Part shown: piece after piece, positions 8,681-16,457 of the stretch
How positions within the stretch are numbered: position 1 is the stretch's first letter
Layout of the letters: every line of letters begins with the position of its first letter
NCBI GenBank assembly: GCA_016181585.1
Contig: JACOYX010000025.1
Location: forward strand, 1-40,996
DNA from: Candidatus Sungiibacteriota bacterium
Lineage (GTDB): Bacteria > Patescibacteriota > Minisyncoccia > Sungbacterales > HO2-52-23
Length of the DNA stretch: 40,996 nucleotides
Direction: 5' to 3'
Translations under genes and position numbers: made by a program
Notes under the pieces: model-generated
Told to the model about the DNA's origin: nothing
Database searches by the model: none
The model's input: only the letters and a program-made list of their open reading frames with translations

Positions 8681-9028
8681 TTAAGGATATTTCAATTTTA
8701 CATTTTTATGGTTGACATCAGAAACGTATTTTGTTACGGTAAGGTTGCAGTTAACGAAAGGTGGTTTTAAAAGCAAAGAGGAGAAAATAACAGGATCGGT
8801 TTCCAGCTAAACACTGGAAATGATAAAAACAAGACAATGCGTACGAGCATGTATTTAACTTTACTTCGCCATTTATTCAATCGTGAGACGAATAGAGTAA
8901 GTAATCCCCTCTTATCACTCGGGGAATTTATCCTTCTTCCGCACTAATTGCGCGGTAGTTTTTCCGTACGCACTGTCAAAGGGATTTGTTGAACATTTTA
9001 CCGGATTTCTGTTGTTTTTTAACATTTT

Positions 9029-10549
9029 ATGGAATTATTTTTATTTGGAGCGGGCGGAATAGCGCTGGGAGCCATAGTGGGCTACGTCGCGCGCCAGCTC
9101 TTGGTACAGCAGAGAAGCAATTCGATTGAGGCTCGGCTGAAAAAATTGATCGAAGACTCGAGGGCCGAAGCCAAAGAAACTCTGCTTGAAGCCAAAGAAA
9201 AGGCGGCAAAAGTGCAAGAAGACGCGAAGCGCGAGGAAAAAGAGCGGCTTCAACAATTGCGGCGTCTTGAGGAACGCTTAATAGATCGGGAGACATCTAT
9301 TGATCGAAGGATGCAGGAGGGGGAGAAGAAAAATAGAGAATTGGAAGAGCGTATCGAACGGGTAAAGCAGATAAAAACGGAGGTTGAAGAATCTAAGGGT
9401 AAAATCGGAAAAGAGCTTGAGCGGGTTTCCGGCCTTTCCAAAGAGGACGCTATTAAGGAGGTTATGAGCCATGTTGAGAAAAATCACTCGCAAGACCTAA
9501 TGGCACGGGTGAAAAAACTGGAGCAAGTCGGCGTGGAAGACTTGGAGCGGCGTGCAAAAAACATTTTGACAGCGATTATTCAGCGTCTTGCCACTTCCAC
9601 CACTTCTGAACTTACGACCACTACCGTCTCAATCCCATCCGACGATCTTAAGGGTAAAATAATCGGCCGTGAGGGAAGAAATATCAAGGCGCTGGAACGG
9701 GCGGCTGGGGTGGAAATTATCGTAGACGATACGCCGGGTTCGATTGTTATTTCCTGTTTTGATCCGGTACGCAGGCAAATTGCGCGCGTCGCTATCGAAA
9801 TGTTGATTCAGGACGGCCGCATCCAACCTGCGCGTATCGAAGAAACCGTCGAAAAAGCGCGCGAGGAAATTGAAAAGCAGGTGCGCGAGGCAGGAGAAAA
9901 AGCGGCCTATGAGGTAGGGATTTTTGACCTTGACCCCCGACTTTTGCTTTTAGTGGGGCGTCTTACCTTTCGCACGAGCTACGGACAGAATGTATTACAG
10001 CATTCCATAGAGATGACGCATCTTGCGGCTATGATCGCGGAGGAAGTCGGCGGTGATGTGATGATCGCCAAAAAAGGCGCGCTTTTGCACGACATTGGCA
10101 AGGCGGTAGACCATGAAGTTACCGGCACGCACGTAGAGATTGGCCGGAGGATTTTGCAAAAATTCGGCGTGGATACACGAGTAATTCAGGCCATGCAATC
10201 GCACCACGAAGAATATCCGTATGAAACACTGGAATCAATAATTGTACAGACCGTAGATGCGATTTCCGCTTCCCGTCCGGGGGCGCGGCGTGATACGCTG
10301 GAGGCATATATCAAGCGGCTTGCGGATTTGGAACGCATTGCCACATCGTTTCCGGGCGTGGAAAAAGCTTATGCTATTTCCGCAGGACGCGAGATTCGCA
10401 TTTTCGTGACGCCGGACAAGATAAATGATTTTGAGGCAAGAAATCTGGCGCGCAATGTTGCCGTACAGGTTGAAGGCGAGTTAAAATACCCCGGAGAGAT
10501 TAAGGTGATGGTAATTCGGGAAACAAGGGTGATTGAGTTTGCCCGGTAA
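9029..10549 (+). CDS. rny: Ribonuclease Y
   Basis: N-terminal TM helix, long charged coiled coil, KH domain (GKIIGREGRNIKALE), HD domain (LLHDIGKAVDHE). 506 aa. Confidence 0.95.
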   Translation: MELFLFGAGGIALGAIVGYVARQLLVQQRSNSIEARLKKLIEDSRAEAKETLLEAKEKAAKVQEDAKREEKERLQQLRRLEERLIDRETSIDRRMQEGEKKNRELEERIERVKQIKTEVEESKGKIGKELERVSGLSKEDAIKEVMSHVEKNHSQDLMARVKKLEQVGVEDLERRAKNILTAIIQRLATSTTSELTTTTVSIPSDDLKGKIIGREGRNIKALERAAGVEIIVDDTPGSIVISCFDPVRRQIARVAIEMLIQDGRIQPARIEETVEKAREEIEKQVREAGEKAAYEVGIFDLDPRLLLLVGRLTFRTSYGQNVLQHSIEMTHLAAMIAEEVGGDVMIAKKGALLHDIGKAVDHEVTGTHVEIGRRILQKFGVDTRVIQAMQSHHEEYPYETLESIIVQTVDAISASRPGARRDTLEAYIKRLADLERIATSFPGVEKAYAISAGREIRIFVTPDKINDFEARNLARNVAVQVEGELKYPGEIKVMVIRETRVIEFAR

Positions 10550-10700
10550 TACAACTTCCCGGATCAAACATTCGCCTTAGCAATACTTTTTTGTTACGAC
10601 CTAAAGTGTAAATAACTAAAACAGTGAATAAAGTATAAAGTTGTAAGACATAATTGTATTTACTTTAAACTTTATACGTTAAACTGTTCAACTCTACTAT

Positions 10701-10973
10701 ATGAACAAAACAGGCATTATTGATGCGGTATATGAAAAAATAGGAGGCACTAAAAAAATCGCGGAAGACGCGGTAGAAACGGTATTTGATTCAATTACTG
10801 CGGCGCTCGCAAAGGGCGACGAGGCGGCGATTTCTGGTTTCGGCACGTTTGTGGTAAAAAAGCGTGCGGCGCGAATGGGGGTAAACCCGCGCACCGGCGA
10901 GAAGATCCACGTTGCGGCTACACAAACCCCAAAATTCCGTGCAGGAAAAGGTCTCAAGGAAGCGGTGAAATGA
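10701..10973 (+). CDS. hup: Nucleoid-associated DNA-binding protein HU
   Basis: 90 aa. GFGTFVVKKRAARMGVNPRTGEKIHVAATQTPKFRAGK is the classic HU arm. Confidence 0.95.
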   Translation: MNKTGIIDAVYEKIGGTKKIAEDAVETVFDSITAALAKGDEAAISGFGTFVVKKRAARMGVNPRTGEKIHVAATQTPKFRAGKGLKEAVK

Positions 10974-10996
10974 CCAATGTTGATATAAATTATTAA

Positions 10997-11028
10997 AACC
11001 TCCTGCACCATCGGGAGGTTTTAATTTT
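10997..11028 (+). terminator. Rho-independent terminator after hup
   Basis: AACCTCC-loop-GGGAGGTT followed by TTAATTTT. Confidence 0.7.
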
Positions 11029-11085
11029 CAAGTGTGCGCCGACGATGAAACGGCATGCATAGTTCTTTGAAAGGAGCGTATTTTA

Positions 11086-11271
11086 GTGAGAGAATTTTTA
11101 GGCGAGTATAAATTTTACTTCAAGCGCATGTGGCTTACTCCCCTATTTCATATAAGCTGGATTGTTGCCATAAAAATGACGACACAAGGCTTCGAAAAAT
11201 GCTTGGCATTTATTGCAATTGCGATAATATTTCCGATCCTTGTGGCAAAATATCGCCATATGGGCGAGTAA
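11086..11271 (+). CDS. Small hydrophobic protein (61 aa), unknown function
   Basis: GTG start with AGGAG 9 nt upstream. Bracketed by two terminators, so it looks like a stand-alone unit. Confidence 0.4.
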   Translation: MREFLGEYKFYFKRMWLTPLFHISWIVAIKMTTQGFEKCLAFIAIAIIFPILVAKYRHMGE

Positions 11272-11277
11272 AATAGT

Positions 11278-11306
11278 AAACCCCTCCGATAATCGGAGGG
11301 GTTTTA
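11278..11306 (+). terminator. Rho-independent terminator
   Basis: CCCCTCCGA-TAA-TCGGAGGGG followed by TTTTAAATT. Confidence 0.75.
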
Positions 11307-11329
11307 AATTAACTATATGAGGATTTTAA

Positions 11330-11436
11330 GGGTCTCCTGCCGAATACCATTCGTTCCGAAAATGATGAATTTCTAGACAAAATTGCTGAACAAACCTTGA
11401 GGTCTATCTGGAAGATAAGCCAAAAAGTGGATACCC
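11330..11436. mobile_element. Family B MITE-like element, 3'-truncated copy
   Basis: GGGTCTCCTGCCGAATACCATTCGTTCCGAAAATGATGAATTTCTAGACAAAATTGCTGAAC... matches 6738 onward and 40885 onward. Confidence 0.7.
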
Positions 11437-11465
11437 TTTAAAATCACGGTGGCGTTTTCTTGGAT

Positions 11466-11494
11466 TTGACAAGATTGCTTAAATGGTGTAGAAC
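11466..11494 (+). promoter_or_regulatory. Candidate promoter of the 11521 gene
   Basis: TTGACA, 17 nt, TAGAAC. AGGAGG lies 5 nt before ATG 11521. Confidence 0.4.
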
Positions 11495-11520
11495 TAAGTA
11501 AAATTCACTAGGAGGTGTCT

Positions 11521-11940
11521 ATGGACACGAAGCGTATGACTTTCCTATGTTTGGCCACTATGGCAACTTTGGCCATAATGGTCGCGCTTGTACGCGCCGA
11601 CGAGGGGTGCGCGGAGTACGAGTGCCCTCCAGCGGCCGGAGAGGATGGTATCGTAAAGGATGGGTGTAGAGGGTTTTTTGAGTTTCCCTCACTCGAGGGA
11701 GAGTTCACCATATGGGACAGTCAACTCGGGGAAACCCCGAATGAAATATGTTTGGGTGGCAATATCAATGCCGCCACGACGGTGAATTTGGAAAATACAG
11801 ATTTAACAAATGCGCAACTTCGTTTTTTGACGGGAGAGAAGGTTGTCGCATACGGTGAATATCGAGAAGAAGAAGGTGAGGCGACCAAGTATGTATTCAC
11901 CAAATTGGTGATATACGTTCTCTCCCGTCCCAAAAAGTAA
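11521..11940 (+). CDS. Secreted small protein, unknown function
   Basis: ATG 11521 sits behind a strong AGGAGG. Signal-peptide-like N-terminus (FLCLATMATLAIMVALVRA-DEG). Four Cys in the mature part. Confidence 0.7.
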   Translation: MDTKRMTFLCLATMATLAIMVALVRADEGCAEYECPPAAGEDGIVKDGCRGFFEFPSLEGEFTIWDSQLGETPNEICLGGNINAATTVNLENTDLTNAQLRFLTGEKVVAYGEYREEEGEATKYVFTKLVIYVLSRPKK

Positions 11941-11991
11941 AGTTTTTAACCAAAGGCACGCCTTGCAGAAGCAAGAAACGGCCTTTTTATT

Positions 11992-12372
11992 TTAGTGTAA
12001 CCCCAATTTCTTTTTGATTCTTATAGCTAAGTCTGGCAATGGCCAGTCTTTTTTAATAAGAAAGTCACTAATCTCAAAATTTTCGGCTTCGCTTTTAATT
12101 TCCGGATCATCCAAGTTTGTCAGTACCACCACGGAGGCGGTTTTACCCCAGTCGTCTTGTCTTAATTGCTTTAGGAAGTTCATTCCGGACATTTCTTTTA
12201 CAATGAGGTCCAGCAAAATTAAATCAGGGTGCTCCTGAAGCGCAATTTTCAATCCTTCTTCGCCGCTATTCGATTCAAAAACATTCAACCAGCTGTTTTT
12301 GAGGCTTTCCACTAAAGACTGCCGCATGACTTCGTTGTCTTCTATGATTAAGATAGTTTTAATTTGGTTCAT
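11992..12372 (-). CDS. Stand-alone CheY-like response-regulator receiver domain
   Basis: Motifs ILIIEDNE, LILLDLIV (acceptor Asp context) and VVVLTN. No output domain. Its ATG overlaps the kinase stop (ATGA). Confidence 0.88.
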   Translation of the reverse strand: MNQIKTILIIEDNEVMRQSLVESLKNSWLNVFESNSGEEGLKIALQEHPDLILLDLIVKEMSGMNFLKQLRQDDWGKTASVVVLTNLDDPEIKSEAENFEISDFLIKKDWPLPDLAIRIKKKLGLH

Positions 12373-14009
12373 TGTTGTATTGGTATTTTAACATAAAAAG
12401 TGGTTCCCCGTCCGCTTTGGCTTTCAAACCAAATTTTCCAGCCAAAATTATCACAAATTGTCTTTATGATAAAAAGACCGAGTCCCGTGCCGGTTTTTTT
12501 TATTTCTTGAGCCATATTGGAACGAAAGAATTTAGAAAAAATCTTTGGTTTGTCCGCTTCAGCGATCTCGGGGCCATTATTTTGTGATGAGAAAAGGTAG
12601 TGGATGTCTTGTTTTTCCAGCGTTATCACAACCCTGCCTGCTGTCCGGTCGGAATACTCTGCGGCATTGTAAATAAGGTTGGCAAATACTTGCAAAGCCA
12701 TCGATTTATTGGTCGTCAAAGGAAAACTTTCTCCTTTGACATCGAAAGAGAATTCTACCCTTGGATTCGCACCTTTTACCGTTTTTATAATCGCCTCCAC
12801 TTCAAGATTTAAGTCAATAATTTCTCGTTTTAAATCCTTCTTCCCTACTCGTGAAAGAATGAGCAAATCATCAACAAAACTGGAAAGACTCTTATTCTGT
12901 TTATAAATTTCCTCTATTTTATTTTTGTCTTCGCTGGTGATGGCTGCGCTTTGCGTCAATGACTCTATGAGCCAACGGATGCTCACAAGCGGGTTTCGGA
13001 GTTGATGACCTATTATAGAAATAAACTCTTCCCGAAACTGTTCCTTTTGTTTTTTATCGGTAATCTCCGGCTCGATGGACATAAAAAACTTAATGTCCCC
13101 TTTTTCATCTAGTATGGGAGTGATATAGTCGTCCTGCCAGTATTCTGTTCCGTCTTTCCTGATATTTTTCACCTCCCCTACAAACGGTTTTTTATCTGTT
13201 TTGATTGTGTTCCACAATTTTTCATAATATTCTTTCGGCATATGCCCACCCCACAATTCATTTGGATGCCGGCCAATTGTCTCTTGAGCAGAATAGCCGC
13301 TCAATTTTTCCCATGCTTTATTGGCAAATAATATTTTGGCATCAGGGTCAGTAATTAAAATAGCCTGATTCGCTGACGCAAACATTGATTGCAAAATATC
13401 AGTTTTCTCTTCGAGCCAATTCATTGATTTTTCTACAAAAGCATTCACTGCCACATCTACCAAGCGAGGCTCGGCAGATGTCTGATCTATCGGCCTAGAC
13501 GGAAAGTCCATAAAAAACTTAACCAGATCAGTTCTGCTCACAATGCCCATAACCTTTCTTTGAGAGTCAATAACCGGAATGGGATTTACTCTATGGTGCA
13601 AAACAAAAGCCGCGACAGTTTCCTCCAGCGTGGCGTTTTCTGCGAGAGTCAAAGGGTCGCCGTTCATAATACCGCCAACTTTGATTGATATAAAGGCGTC
13701 GAACTCCTTTTTTGTCCCAAAATTTTCTTGGGTAAATTTCTGTAAAATTTTCTGCAATGTTGGAATATGGATTGCAGAATCAATATTGATAAAATCGTAT
13801 TCTGTTAAAATTCCCAATAGTGTATTATTTTTATCAATAACGGGAAGGCCGTTCAATCTGTTTTTATAAAGTATCTTTGCAGCTTCAAAAAGCGAAGTAT
13901 CGGGAGAAAGAGAAATAACTTCTCTCGTCATTATATCTTGTACTGTTTTTTTGTTGACTAGCGTCATGGGGTCTCCGTTAAGAAGCCGTTTAAAAAGTAG
14001 ACCTGCCAA
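12369..14009 (-). CDS. Soluble sensor histidine kinase, CBS pair + PAS + HisKA + HATPase_c
   Basis: Two CBS-like repeats at the N-terminus, a PAS region (ILITDPDAKILFANKAWEKLSGY). H-box IIGHQLRNPL, N-box NLIYNAAEYS, G-box GTGLGLFI. No TM segment seen. Confidence 0.88.
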   Translation of the reverse strand: MAGLLFKRLLNGDPMTLVNKKTVQDIMTREVISLSPDTSLFEAAKILYKNRLNGLPVIDKNNTLLGILTEYDFINIDSAIHIPTLQKILQKFTQENFGTKKEFDAFISIKVGGIMNGDPLTLAENATLEETVAAFVLHHRVNPIPVIDSQRKVMGIVSRTDLVKFFMDFPSRPIDQTSAEPRLVDVAVNAFVEKSMNWLEEKTDILQSMFASANQAILITDPDAKILFANKAWEKLSGYSAQETIGRHPNELWGGHMPKEYYEKLWNTIKTDKKPFVGEVKNIRKDGTEYWQDDYITPILDEKGDIKFFMSIEPEITDKKQKEQFREEFISIIGHQLRNPLVSIRWLIESLTQSAAITSEDKNKIEEIYKQNKSLSSFVDDLLILSRVGKKDLKREIIDLNLEVEAIIKTVKGANPRVEFSFDVKGESFPLTTNKSMALQVFANLIYNAAEYSDRTAGRVVITLEKQDIHYLFSSQNNGPEIAEADKPKIFSKFFRSNMAQEIKKTGTGLGLFIIKTICDNFGWKIWFESQSGRGTTFYVKIPIQQ

Positions 14010-14163
14010 TTAAAGATTTTCGTTACGAAAGAGACTTTTCCGACGGTTTCTAAAGGTTGATATGGCTTGGCGCAAAAGTTCACGATTTTAAAATAGACTG
14101 CATGATTATGTTATAACAAAACAGGTTAGTACACAACGTAAGAACTTGGCTTAAAACAAGAAT

Positions 14164-14330
14164 AGACCTACTGCGTAAAGATTTTCGTAACGAAATTTTT
14201 TAATTTAGAGACAAAATCGTTGAATAAATTTCGAGGCCTATCGGCTTAGATAAGCCAAGAAATTTTGAAGCGATTTTGGCCTAAATTAAGAAATTGCATT
14301 GCAGTAGAAGTATATTTGCGCAGTAGGTCT
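14164..14330 (+). mobile_element. MITE-like element, family A, full copy
   Basis: AGACCTACTGCGTAAAG ... TTTGCGCAGTAGGTCT, flanked by direct AAT on both sides. Confidence 0.8.
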
Positions 14331-14364
14331 AATATCTTTTTGATACCAAATTTTACATAAATCA

Positions 14365-14397
14365 AAACCGCCGGGAGAACCATGCGGCGGGTTTTTT
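14365..14397 (-). terminator. Bidirectional-looking hairpin terminator downstream of the 14498 gene
   Basis: AACCGCCG-loop-CGGCGGGTT with A/T runs on both sides. Confidence 0.55.
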
Positions 14398-14497
14398 CCG
14401 GTTGACTTCTGATGTAATGTGACGTGCTGTGGCCACATAAATAGTGATACTTTTGTCAATAGAGCGGATCAGTACGACATGAAAACTTATTTCAAAT

Positions 14498-14821
14498 TCA
14501 TTCTCGAGAAAATCCAAATTCTTCAAGTACCCCGCTAATTTTAGCTATATTGCCCTGCATTACGGTAACGAAAAAACCCATAAGTGACTTCTGCCTTATT
14601 TCAAAAACATCATCGGGTTTGCCATCTTCGCCAAAAAATCTTACCTCCATTGGTTTATCCCGACTTACCTGAAGGCAAGTCATTTTTCCCTCGCGATGTT
14701 CCGGCTTATTCATAAGAAATTTTCCAAAATCTTGCAATGCTAAAGGAGACAAAGACCGTTTTTCTTTCAATTTCCACATTGAAACGGCGTTTTCAGGTTT
14801 ATTTTCAAAAGATTTTTCCAA
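14498..14821 (-). CDS. Hypothetical protein (107 aa from TTG, or 93 aa from ATG 14779)
   Basis: Only a long ORF plus the downstream terminator support it. No motif recognised. Confidence 0.5.
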   Translation of the reverse strand: MEKSFENKPENAVSMWKLKEKRSLSPLALQDFGKFLMNKPEHREGKMTCLQVSRDKPMEVRFFGEDGKPDDVFEIRQKSLMGFFVTVMQGNIAKISGVLEEFGFSRE

Positions 14822-15199
14822 ATCCGTAAAATTAATATAATAGATTCTATTTTCTCGTACTAACTCATTTAAAAAGTCGCCTCGTCAGTATATTTACGAC
14901 TTCGCTCGAACCTACTTTATCAAAAATTCCTAACGCTGTGAACGCCTCCGCGCCCCGCCAAAGGCGGGGCTACGCCTCAACAAAATTTTCTTTTCAATTT
15001 TTCTGATTTCGCACTCCACCCCCACCAAAAAAAATGGCACTTATAGCATCCTTATTTGTGGAGCATCTTACATGCTATCAAACTCTGGTAAAAACGCAAC
15101 AACATAATCCACCTTTTTTGAAACAGGTTCTAATCTCGTTTTACGGGCATAAATAGTCAGTTTCTGGCTGATTTCTTTTTTAAAAAACCATCATTATCG

Positions 15200-15228
15200 T
15201 TGACAAGCTGATACACCTGTGCTAACTT
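15200..15228 (+). promoter_or_regulatory. Candidate promoter of the zinc-ribbon ORF
   Basis: TTGACA, 17 nt, TAACTT. AGGAG lies 7 nt before ATG 15257. Confidence 0.45.
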
Positions 15229-15256
15229 TACAATTAGCTCTCGAAAGGAGTCAATT

Positions 15257-15487
15257 ATGGCACATACTGCCACTCCCAATACATTTGTTGTACTTGAAGG
15301 TCTTATGTATGAGGACGATGCGAAAAAGATTGTGCAATTATCAAAACAGTTCTTATCCGCATACCGCATAGAACATCATATTACTTGTGGCCAATGTCAG
15401 GCGGAAATATATGCTACTGAATATTTAACGAATTGCCCGCGATGCAATAATTTTCTTTGGACAAACGCAAAATATGAGAAGTGCTAA
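15257..15487 (+). CDS. Small zinc-ribbon protein (CxxC ... CxxC), unknown function
   Basis: 76 aa, with CGQC and CPRC pairs 20 residues apart. Good SD and a weak hairpin with a T-run at 15515-15540. Confidence 0.6.
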   Translation: MAHTATPNTFVVLEGLMYEDDAKKIVQLSKQFLSAYRIEHHITCGQCQAEIYATEYLTNCPRCNNFLWTNAKYEKC

Positions 15488-15567
15488 TGAAATCGCACTA
15501 CACAGCACTCAAATTCCTGCCATTATGGCGGGAATTTTTAATACGGAGACCCCCACTCAAATTGAAT

Positions 15568-15639
15568 AGCGGGTAGGGGGAATCGAACCCCCATGTCTTG
15601 CTTGGAAGGCAAGTGCACGAACCATTGTGCTATACCCGC
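15568..15639 (-). tRNA. tRNA-Gly (anticodon UCC)
   Basis: Cloverleaf by hand: acceptor GCGGGTA/TACCCGC, anticodon arm CTTGC-CTTCCAA-GCAAG, T arm GGGGG-TTCGATT-CCCCC. Confidence 0.9.
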
Positions 15640-15643
15640 AATT

Positions 15644-16315
15644 TTAAACTTGCGATAGAGCCCCGAGCATCCACCCATTCATTCTTCTATATAATTGCAC
15701 ACCTTTTTCTTTAATACCTCCGCTGATGACTGCAATATGGGCTGTCCCGTACGGTAATTTATTTCTTTTTATTTTTGACTTATTTTGTCTTAGATCTATC
15801 TGCGTTTTTCTAAAATTTCCCCTTGGCGGTTGTGTCGCTTCACTCCAAAAGTTGATACACTCTTCTAAATTATTATCCAGATAGAGGTGTAACGTAACAG
15901 TAATATTTTCATTTGCCAAGCCACAAATCTTTTTAAACCACTTAACCGCCAGCTTGATAACCGATGGATCAGAATTAATTATGCGAATTTTTTCGAAAGC
16001 CTTGGTTCCTTCACCAATGTATAAACCCAAACCCAACAGCCACAAATCCCTTTCTGAGAACTTACCCACCTCTCTTGTGCCAACTTGTTTTAGTTTTTGA
16101 ATCTCACGAACTTTTCTATTATGACTTTTTTCTGCGCTTTTTACCGGCCCGTACTGTATTCTTTTTAGTACTTCTATATTCGGTTTAAACGGTCTATCTC
16201 TAAACCAATTGCTCAATGTACTTTTTGCAATCCCGATGTGCTTGTAAATCATGTTGTAAGAGTATCCGGCATCTCGTAATTTCTCAGCCTCCATTTTAAA
16301 CGGATTTCTATTCAT
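15644..16315 (-). CDS. HTH + LAGLIDADG-like protein (putative homing-endonuclease-related), paralog of 34027..34746
   Basis: N-terminal HTH (GYSYNMIYKHIGIAKSTLSNWF) and a LAGLIDADG-type motif (LWLLGLGLYIGEGTK). Its stop lies 4 nt before the 5' end of tRNA-Gly. Confidence 0.65.
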   Translation of the reverse strand: MNRNPFKMEAEKLRDAGYSYNMIYKHIGIAKSTLSNWFRDRPFKPNIEVLKRIQYGPVKSAEKSHNRKVREIQKLKQVGTREVGKFSERDLWLLGLGLYIGEGTKAFEKIRIINSDPSVIKLAVKWFKKICGLANENITVTLHLYLDNNLEECINFWSEATQPPRGNFRKTQIDLRQNKSKIKRNKLPYGTAHIAVISGGIKEKGVQLYRRMNGWMLGALSQV

Positions 16316-16457
16316 AGCACTACCATATCATAATAAGTATACTGGTTCAGGTACTATTATACACAATAAATTACACAATCAAAGTATATTTTAATTTTTG
16401 CAATTGAGCAAATTATTTTTTGCAATATTTACCAGTTTCTTTTATCATGAACACAAT

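Noticed and set aside
14940-14975. GC-rich hairpin CCCCGCC-AAA-GGCGGGG in the 14822-15256 spacer as a terminator or repeat family member
   Set aside because: It has no U-run on either strand, and I found only loosely similar GC hairpins elsewhere (19850, 40140). The support is too weak to call.
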